64,000 nucleotides of DNA, taken from NCBI GenBank assembly GCA_951406725.2, contig OX597818.1, forward strand, positions 84,444,001-84,508,000, given 5' to 3'. Under the pieces are notes generated by a model. That model saw only the letters and a list, made by a program, of their open reading frames with translations, had not been told where the DNA came from and did not search any database. This document shows, piece after piece, positions 51,645-64,000 of the stretch (within the stretch, counting starts at the first letter, position 1; each line of letters starts with the position of its first letter). Source of the DNA: Octopus vulgaris. Taxonomy: Eukaryota. Both the position numbers and the translations under genes were made by a program.

Positions 51645-51789
51645 GACAGACAAACTCAAGAAGCCAGACAGAAAACAGACGTAATGCACAATTATATATA
51701 TACACACACACATATACATATACACACAATCACACACATATCCACCCACATATATATATATGTGTGTGTGTATGTGTGTATATATATAC

Positions 51790-51844
<55 letters not shown>

Positions 51845-51977
51845 TTCATATCTTCTTCTTTACCCCTAGCCTAGTTTTCGTAGAGGAGACCAAAATGGAA
51901 GAAACCAGCAGACATCGGCGTAACAAAATAATCGTAATCAGAGTTGCAGGAATGTTATTAAATGGGAAAACGATGAC

Positions 51978-52050
<73 letters not shown>

Positions 52051-52235
52051 AAGGAGCTGCTGCGCCGATGCCGAATTAAAATAGAAATACCATAGGGAAA
52101 CGAAAAAAATATTTGTTAAAACAGAATATTAATTGAGAAAAATCATAAAAATTCCACCCCGAATTTTGTTCTTTTATTTTTATTATTTCTCACCCTTCTT
52201 TTCTTTCTTTTTCTGTCTGTCTGTGTGTGCCTGAG

Positions 52236-52294
<59 letters not shown>

Positions 52295-53339
52295 ATGTAA
52301 ATGTGTCTGTCTACAAATTCGCATGGGTCGATGTGTGTTAGTATGTATATTTGAATGTGTGCGTATCATTCTTCTTTCCAGGCCCTCCCTCTGTGTCAGT
52401 GAATGAATGTGTGTGTGTGTGTCTGTGTGTGTGTGTCTGTGTGTGTGTTTCTGCTTGTGTGTGAATGTGTGTGCCTATCAGTATGTGCTAATGTGTCTCA
52501 GTATATATTAGTGTGTATGTGAGCGTGTCTATGTGTGAATTGGCTTCGTGGCCCTGCATGTGCGTGTGAGTGGCTATCCTAGTATGTGTGACTGTGCGTG
52601 CATGCGTGCGTGCGTATGCGTGTATGCGTGCACGTGTTTTGTATGAACGAGAGTATATACGTTCGTATGTATATGTGCGTCACAGTGTCTAAATTCGTCA
52701 ATGTGCTTATGAGCGTGTAAAACTGTATGTGCATGTATGTGCATGTGTGTATGTATATGCATGTATGTGCATGCGCGCGTGCTCGTGCATGTTTGTGTAC
52801 ACACGGTGCGTTAATACGTGTCTCTATATACGTGTGCACGTCTGTCTCACATTGCGGGTAACCGTGGGAGACTGTATACAAATGCGAGTATAAATAATGG
52901 TTGCGTGAACATGTGTATGAATGTACATATGCGTGTATACACGCGTGTAAGCGTGTACAAACGTGTATACATGTATGTACCTGCGTGTTAAATTTGAAAG
53001 GGGCCGTTCTTCCTAATCTGTGGAAATGGGATATAAAAAGTTGCAATAAAAGCTTAACATGTATGAAAAGCCTCTTAACGTGGCAAGGCGGCCATTTGAA
53101 GGAGTCAGGAGCTTAAGGAGTAGAGGAGGGAATTTAGGGGACAGAACTGTTATAAAGGGAATAGGGAGTTTGCAGGTTTAGCGAAGTAACTATTTCGTTA
53201 GTTTGCTTGGTTCTTTGTTTTTGGTTGTATTTTATTTTTTTTTATTATTTTGCTGTAGTTGTTGCTGTTGTTGTTGTTGTTTTCTTCAGAGAGCAAGGGT
53301 TTAGGTTCACGGATAATGGTTCGCGATGAGGTCATCCTC

Positions 53340-56160
<2,821 letters not shown>

Positions 56161-56167
56161 ATATATA

Positions 56168-56529
56168 TTTCTTTATTGCCCTTAAGGGGGGTAAACACAG
56201 AGGGGGAAAAACAAAGGAATGAAATCGATTACATGATGAAAGGTTAAGTCGACCTCGGCGGAATTTGAACTCAGAACGTAACGGAAGACGAAATATCTAT
56301 TTCTTCACTACCCACAAGGGGCTAAACACAGAGGGGACGAACAAGGACAGACACACGGATTAAGTCGATTATATCGACCCCAGTGCGTAACTGGTACTTA
56401 TTTAATCGACCCCGAAAGAATGAAAGGCAAAGTCGACCTGGGCGGAATTTGAACTCACAGCGTTGCGACAGGTGAAATACCACTAATCATTTTGCTCAGA
56501 GTGCTAACGATTCTACCAGCTCGCTGCCA
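56168..56529 (-). mobile_element. Two tandem SINE family B copies
   Basis: gtcgacct.ggcggaatttgaactca at about 56248 and 56432; head tgctaacgattctaccagctcgctgcc. Confidence 0.85.
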
Positions 56530-57233
56530 TCGCCAACAATATAATCTTGATCATGATCATGATCATTCATCATCGCCATCATCAACACCATCATCAGCAT
56601 CTTTGTCATCATCATCATCATATCAGCCTTCCCCCAATTTCAGGCCTTGTGCCTATAATAGAAAGGATTATCATCATATCCCCCTTCCCCCAATTTCAGG
56701 CCTTGTGCCTATAACAGAAAGGATTATCGTCGTCGCTATCATCTTTATCATTATAATTTTCGTCGTCATCAACATCACCGTCATCGACATCATACTGATC
56801 ATCCGTCATCGTCGTTCTTTTCATCTCCGTCACCTTCAGTGTAGTCTCCATAATCATCACCATCGTTATCATCATGGAATCTACTTGACTATCAATATTT
56901 TGTCTGCTTTCATTATTCTCTCTCAGTAATTGCCTTACTGTTAACATATTTATAAACAGGAAATACTATTAAACCAGCAAAAACTCAATTAAATAGCGAA
57001 GAAAATGTAATTTTTGTCAATGACTAATAATATTTTCGCATGTTTAACGTATAGGATGGTATAGGTATAGCCATGTGGCTTTGAAGATTGATATGTGGCC
57101 AGGGTGGTTTGCGTTCATTCCCGCTATGCAGCACTTTGGGCGAGTGTTTTCTCATGTAGCCTCTGTTAGCTAAGGCTATATAGGAAGGAGTGACATACAG
57201 CAGAAGGAAACTGCACTTAAGACAGTGGTTGTG

Positions 57234-57254
57234 TAGATAGATAGACAGACAGAC

Positions 57255-57319
<65 letters not shown>

Positions 57320-57348
57320 TATAGATAGATTGATAGATAGATAGATAG

Positions 57349-57395
<47 letters not shown>

Positions 57396-57432
57396 TAGAG
57401 TTATAAACAGTCAGATAAGCAGAAAGATAGGG

Positions 57433-57521
<89 letters not shown>

Positions 57522-57626
57522 CAGACAGAGAGAGCGACAAGCAGCTGGATAAACAGAAAGATAAATAAGTAGACAGACAGGAAGACGAACAGCCAGCCAC
57601 ACAGACAGACAAATATATATATATAT

Positions 57627-57678
<52 letters not shown>

Positions 57679-57740
57679 TTAGACAGACGGACAGGCAGTC
57701 AAACAGACAGGCACATAGATAGACAGACAGACAGACAGAT

Positions 57741-57815
<75 letters not shown>
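57234..57815. repeat. (GATA)n/(GACA)n microsatellite
   Basis: Direct inspection. Confidence 0.95.
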
Positions 57816-57816
<1 letters not shown>

Positions 57817-58488
57817 TACCACAGACCACTTTGAGTTAGTTCCCTTGGCCCATGCTTAAATTATTTAAATTACATAGGCCATATATTTTCTTCTCTTATT
57901 TGTCTAAGTCGAAACCATCCTGCTACTGGAGACCCAGTAGCTGTGCTGATGATGGCTGTACAGGCACAAATTCATGTGCATGACCATTCTCTTAACTATA
58001 GACAGTAAGTCGATCCTTTTACTTAATGGCGACTTCAGATTTGGGGCAGTTCTCGATTCATGAGATCGTATCAAGTAGATCTGGTCAGAAATGCCGTCTG
58101 GTAATTGTGATATATCCTACAGAGACGGATATAGTTGGGGTAAAACCAACATTTGTTGACATAGCTGAATTTGTTTACGTATTCATATACATGTGTGTGC
58201 GTCTGCGGGTACATGTGTGCCTGTGTGAATGTGTCTGTGTGCGTGTGATTATATGTGTATATATTAATATTACTTAAATATATATTTATATATACATGTG
58301 TGTATATATATATATGCATATATATATGAAAATATATATATATTTGTTTTTAATTTATATTTGATATGTATATATATATATGTATGTATATATATATATG
58401 AATATATATATATATATGTGTGTGTGTGTGTATATACGTTTATATATTTGTTTTGCAAGATTTTTGATGTGAAATCGTGTTGAAACAG

Positions 58489-58585
58489 ATATTGTTGTAT
58501 TTAGGAATGGTCATTTTGCCAGTTTGGCCAATATATAGTGCGTGTGTTTATATTGGCTAAACTGGCAAAATGACCATTCCTAAAT

Positions 58586-58595
<10 letters not shown>
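58489..58595. repeat. Palindrome, 47-bp arms and 13-nt loop
   Basis: atattgttgtatttaggaatggtcattttgccagtttggccaatata / tatattggctaaactggcaaaatgaccattcctaaatacaacaatat, one mismatch. Confidence 0.95.
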
Positions 58596-58659
<64 letters not shown>

Positions 58660-58671
58660 AAATGAAGAAAA

Positions 58672-58902
58672 TTAAGTAATTTAATTAGGTGAAAGTTCTT
58701 TACCGGTTGCGCATTTGTTATGCTTATCAAAAGATATTTCTTTAAGAGTGATAGAGTTCCTTTCTGATAGATATTTTCCTCTTATCTGATAAGAGGAAAA
58801 AATCTATCAGAAAGGAACTCTATCACTCTTAAAGAAATATCTTTTGATAAGCATAACAAATGCGCAACCGGTAAAGAACTTTCACCTAATTAAATTACTT
58901 AA
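58672..58902. repeat. Palindrome, 115-bp arms with 1-nt centre (58787)
   Basis: One mismatch between arms. Flanked by (TA)n tracts. Confidence 0.95.
58840..58877 (+). ncRNA. Candidate minimal hammerhead, U3-A8 variant with GCAA in place of GAAA (mirror at 58697-58734, minus)
   Basis: TCTT-TTGATAA-GCAT/aacaa/ATGC-GCAA-CCGGT-A-AAGA. Confidence 0.55.
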
Positions 58903-58980
58903 ATTACTTAAATTATTTTGTCAGCATTTTCTTAATTTCCTTTTTTATATATCACAACTCGTGTTCCACATCTCCTTTTT

Positions 58981-59058
<78 letters not shown>

Positions 59059-59809
59059 GGCAACCAAAAGAGAAATACACATTGCAGTGTTTTTATCTGT
59101 CGAAGCAAAATCTCAGTTCCAGTTTTAATTATATATATATATATATGTATATGCTTATATATATGCTTATATTTGAGCGTGATTTCATCTGTGTGATTGT
59201 GTGCGCGTGTGTGTGTACGTGCGTGTGTTTGTATGTATAGATATATGTTAAAAACCATCCGTTAAACGACCCCTCTCAAATTCTTTACTTGTACATTTTC
59301 TCACCCTTATAAGTTTTCTCTTTTCCTTTTCTTACATCCCTAATTTCTCTTTACAACTATATTCACAACTCAAAATGTGCCTTCTACGCACTTTCATCGA
59401 ATCTTCCGTGTATTAACATGGGTCTCCTAACGGCAATCTAAACTTCATACAATCAGGATACCTTTTGGCCTGAAGAGTAGCCTGCGGTATACACCTCGCT
59501 AGGCATTGATGCTACTGCTGCTGCTGATGAGGATGATGTTTTAAGTGGTGTTGGTGGTAATAGTGTTGCTGAGCGTGGTGGAAGTTGTGGCTCTATTGCT
59601 GTGATAGTGATTGTCATCTTTGTGGTGGTGGTGGTGGTGGTGCTGGTGGTGGTGCTGGTGCTGGTGGTGCTGGTGCTGGTGGTGCTGGTGCTGGTGGTGC
59701 TGGTGCTGGTTGTGATGGTGGTGGTGCTGGTTGTGATGGTGGTGGTCTTCACCATCGTCGTCGTCGTGGTTTTACTGTTAATGTGAGATAGGATAATATT
59801 AGAATGATG

Positions 59810-60259
59810 TATGATGGTGTTTGCTTCTGAACCTCATGTTTCTGGGTTCAGTCCCATTACGTAACACCTTGGGCATGTGTCTCCTACCATAGCCCCGCGT
59901 CGACCAAAGCCTTGCGATTGTAGGATCGCGGCTTCGATTCCAACACCTGGCATTGTGAGTGTTTATTGAGCGAAAACACGTAAAGCCCACGAGGCTCTGG
60001 CAGGTGGAGTGGGGGAGATGAACCCTGCTGTACTTTTTCACCACAATTTTCTCTCTCTATTTCTTCCTGTTTCTGTTGTACCTGTATTTTAAAGGGACAT
60101 TCTTATCACACTCTGTGTCACACTGAATCTCCCCGAGAGCTACGCTAAAGGTACACGTGTCTGTGGAGTGCTCAGCCACTTGCACGTTAATTTCACGAGC
60201 AGGCTGTTCCGTTGTTCAGATCAACTTGAACCCTCGTCGTCATAACAGACGGAGTGCCA

Positions 60260-60260
<1 letters not shown>
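59810..60260 (+). mobile_element. SINE A head (59810-59913) fused to SINE C body (59914-60260)
   Basis: gggttcagtccca..caccttgggca..gaccaaagccttg, then gatcgcgg.ttcgattcc..ttattgagcgaaaacac..gacggagtgcc. Confidence 0.8.
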
Positions 60261-60300
<40 letters not shown>

Positions 60301-60406
60301 ATATACGACTATGAGGATTTACCTTCCCAATGAAACTCGTTTTTTTCCAAAACTTTTTCTCAAACCTGCTATAATGTAATATATGTCTTTGGTGTGGTAA
60401 TTGTAC

Positions 60407-60493
60407 GCGGCTGAAGAAGGCTGTTGACCTACATGTTATATCAATTATGCATTGATATAAATTGTTCAATAAAGCCAGAAACATATGTACCGC
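60407..60493 (+). ncRNA. Type I hammerhead ribozyme candidate, intact core, extended stem II
   Basis: GCGG-CTGAAGA-A-GGCT..ttatatcaat/tatgc/attgatataa..AGCC-A-GAAA-CATATG-TA-CCGC. Downstream sequence resembles 34477-34519. Confidence 0.75.
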
Positions 60494-60581
60494 AAAATCC
60501 TTTGCATCTTGTTTTTCTTTTTGATAAATAAATAAATATATAAATAAATAAATAAATATATATATATATATATATATAAAG

Positions 60582-60905
60582 TCGCATGGCTCAGTGGTTG
60601 GAGCGTTGGGCTCACAATCATAAAGAAATGAGTTCGATTCCCGTACCGGGCTACGTTTTGTGTTCTTGAGCAAGACACTATATCTCCCGTTGTTCTAGTA
60701 CTTATCTCTAGAAATGTGTTGCGACGTCACTGGTGCCAATCTGTATCGGCCTTTGCCTTTTCCTTGGATAACATCGGTGGCATAGAGAGGGGAGACTGGT
60801 GTGCATGGGCGACTGCTGTCTTCCATAAAAACAACATTGCTCGGGCTTGTACCTCGGAAGTGAACATTATATGTGCAATCCCATGGTCATTTCCGACTGA
60901 AGATG
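60582..60905 (+). mobile_element. SINE family C-related copy
   Basis: cgcatggctcagtggttggagcg..gagttcgattcc..tgtgttcttgagcaagacac. Confidence 0.75.
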
Positions 60906-60907
60906 GT

Positions 60908-61020
60908 GGCTCGAAACGTTAAAGATTTTTTTCACTTATCGAGCGTTATACTAATACATTTGTTTGTTGTCTACACCAACTGTCTTCGTCTTTTGTCTTT
61001 TTTTGTGTGAATTCTCCCTA
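60908..61020 (+). mobile_element. 3' fragment of the 9395/44256 PLE-derived repeat
   Basis: ggctcgaaacgttaaag..actaatacatttgtttgttgt.tacacc..tcttcgtc. Confidence 0.7.
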
Positions 61021-61116
61021 TATATATAGTTAATCCAAACATGAAAACACAACAACGCGAGGACCTGAAACAAATATAGTATTATTGGACGCTCAGGAAG
61101 GAAGGAAAGAAGGAGG

Positions 61117-61151
61117 GTTTAACGTTTCGAGCGGAGCTCTTCGTCAGAAAC
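61117..61151 (-). ncRNA. Minimal type I hammerhead ribozyme candidate within a PLE-derived repeat (61028-61218)
   Basis: GTTT-CTGACGA-A-GAGC/tcc/GCTC-GAAA-CGT-T-AAAC. Palindromic AACGTT replaces stem III. Confidence 0.75.
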
Positions 61152-61927
61152 ATAGGAAAAGGAAAGATACAAAGAAGGGAAGACGGAGGAAAAAAATCGC
61201 CAATGGTATACACGCGGTCGGGACCTTGAAGACTGCTTTAATGCAAGAAAGTATACAAGTCCCTTAATATTTGATATTCACTCTTTCATCTGTTCAATAA
61301 GACAATGCTTCGTTTCATTATACTGCTATATATACTTTTTATACTATATATTCTATATTCTACATTAATATTATAAAGAATATAAATAAAACATAAAAAA
61401 CAGACAGAGTTGGAATTTCTTTGAATAATATATATAAATGTATACGCACTTACACACACGTGTGTAGTATGTGTGTGTCCCCACCATAACTTGACAACAT
61501 TAGTGCCATATCAATAGCCGTACAAAATATAGCAGGTTTTTCTGCCGTATTACGTATATGATCGGTACTTTTCAGATTTATTTGGCAATTGATTGCGCTG
61601 CCTGATTTTTAAAGATTCATTTTGAAAATTCTTGTAAAAACAATAATCTCTTTTTAGTTTCTTACTTTCGAACAAGGTCAAACTTTGTATGTGAGTAGAG
61701 GGTTATAATCAATTCGATCGACCTCGCTATGTGTTTATGATCCACTATTTATTTTATCGAATCCCTAGAAGCTTTCCTTCCCACCCACTGAGAGGATAAA
61801 ATGAAAAAGTAAAATAATAATAATAATAATAATAATCAACATTGCCGCATTTGAACTCCGACAGATGTAGCAGAACCTCGCTAAATACGGTAAGGCATTC
61901 TAGCGTTTCTGCTATTCTGTTATTCTA

Positions 61928-61947
61928 CTACCGCCCCCTGGTGGTGT
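61928..61947 (-). promoter_or_regulatory. CTCF-like motif
   Basis: Minus strand acaCCACCAGGGGGCGGTAg, close to the canonical CTCF core. Confidence 0.55.
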
Positions 61948-62744
61948 CACATTAAAATATTGGTAAAGTAATTCCGAAGAGCGATTTGCAAAAGAGTAAG
62001 AGCAGAAAGAGTGAGGGGGGAAGAGAAAGGGTGAGAAGACAGAAAGAGAGTTGGAGGCAGAGGGGGGGGAGTGGGGATGGAGAGAAGGATGGAGGGAGAG
62101 AGGGAGAGAAGAGAAATAGTGATGGGGAGAGTTACTGAGAGTCTTTGAGAAAGATGGAGAGTGACAGCGAGGAAAAGAGAGAGCGAGAGAGAGAGAGAGT
62201 GCGCGTGGGTGGGTGTATGTGTGTGTGTGTGTGTGTGCGTGTGTGCGGGTGTGTGTGTGTCTTTGAGAAAGACAGAGAGTCAAAGAGAGGAAAAGGGTTT
62301 GTGTCTTTCTGAAGGACAGTGAGAGTCGGTGAGATAACAAGAGAGTGTGTATGTGTTTTGAGTGAGAAAGAGAAAGAGACAGAGAGAGTGATGAAGAGAG
62401 AGTGTGAATGTCTTTGAAAGAGAAGAAGGAGAGCCAGAGAGCGGTGGAGGCTGGTAACACATTACAAAATCTTTGCAATATTGTCTGTCACCCCATTAAG
62501 GTTTCAATTCTTTTAATTTATCAATATATTTTTGTTTTTGTTTTTGTTATTATTTTTGCGTTCCATGGAAAATGTCTCCTTTATAGACGAGATATTCTTC
62601 CTATATTATTTTCTGTTTCCAGTTTATTTTTTTGTTTTGCTTTTTTTTTTGGTGTTTAGTTCATTTTTCGTTTTTCTTCTTATTTATTTTTGCCTTGCTT
62701 TTGTTTTGTTTTCAAGTCTCACGTGGACAAACAGAACCAATACA

Positions 62745-62783
<39 letters not shown>

Positions 62784-62796
62784 GTATGTATGTGTG

Positions 62797-62845
<49 letters not shown>

Positions 62846-62876
62846 GTATGTATGTGTGTATGTAAATATATATGTG

Positions 62877-62912
<36 letters not shown>

Positions 62913-63386
62913 CATGCATACGTAAATATATATAACAAAAAACATAAATACGAATAACAATAACATACAAAATATTAACAACAATAATAATGATAATAAT
63001 AATAATAATAATAATGATAATAATAATATAAAAAAAACACAAATATGGAGAAAAAAATAGCATAAACAACGCTGAAATAATAACAACAAACTTAACAGCC
63101 ATAAAGACAAAAACACCAAGAACAACAACAACAACGACAACGCTACGACATCTAATATGAACAACAATAAAGACGTAACATTCACTTATCTCACAAACGT
63201 AATAACGAAAGCAAAGCATATTTACGCTCGGTTTTAACGCCGCTTCTAACATTGATTAAAAAGAATTGATCGGGTAAATAAAAACAACAACAACACAAAC
63301 AAAACAAACAACAACAACTACTACTACTACTACGACTACTGCTTCTACTGCTTATAGCATAAACAATAACAACAGTAATGACAGCA

Positions 63387-63421
<35 letters not shown>

Positions 63422-63638
63422 CAAGCGAATTATTTTAACGGCGACAAACACAGATAGTAATGATGATGACGTTGATGATGACGTCGATGATGGTGATGAT
63501 GATGGTGGTGGTGGTGGTGGTGGTAGTGGTCATAATGATGGTGATGATGATGAGGAGGAGGAAAATAATAACAAATACATGCAAAATTTGCCTGTATTTT
63601 ATCATTCAGGCACACACACGTGTATATGTAAGTTGGTG

Positions 63639-63712
<74 letters not shown>

Positions 63713-63736
63713 ATACATATATATAGATATATATAT

Positions 63737-63804
<68 letters not shown>

Positions 63805-63910
63805 ATATATATATAATATACATATATATAGATATATATATATACATACATATATATATATATATATGTGTACATAAATACATACATACATTTATATATA
63901 TATATAGATA

Positions 63911-63946
<36 letters not shown>

Positions 63947-64000
63947 TGTATGTATGTATGTATGTATGTATGTATGTATGTATGTATGTGTGTGTGTATG

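Noticed and set aside
60897-60925. CTGAAGA..GAAACGTT apparent hammerhead
   Set aside because: Chance junction of a SINE tail and a PLE fragment; no stem II.
63640-63870. About 110-bp tandem duplication of a compound microsatellite
   Set aside because: Ordinary slippage or assembly artefact.

Overview
AT-rich eukaryotic non-coding DNA saturated with microsatellites ((TA)n, (CA)n, (TACA)n, (GATA)n, (TAG)n, (CAT)n, (GAA)n). The repeat and SINE content looks like an octopus/coleoid cephalopod genome (inference). I found no credible host protein-coding gene; nearly all ORFs in the track are microsatellite artefacts. Recognisable content: three tRNA-derived SINE families in about 30 copies (some nested with TSDs), a decayed RTE-clade LINE (23.5-26.4 kb), small RT remnants, two mariner fossils with TIRs and TA ends, a DD37D/maT fossil, a Tigger-like MITE, three foldback MITE-like elements, and a near-identical tandem dimer of a non-autonomous Helitron. 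The main signal is a set of Penelope-like element (PLE) remnants: two GIY-YIG endonuclease fragments, inverted pseudo-LTRs and near-perfect palindromes sitting in (TA)n tracts. They carry about ten type I hammerhead-ribozyme motifs with palindromic stem III. Across families the core differs in a structured way: the 3-8 tertiary pair occurs as C-G, U-A and G-C, one family shares A6U, and stem II plus loop ranges from 11 to about 70 nt. All ribozyme calls are by eye and untested. Two strong CTCF-like motifs are also present.
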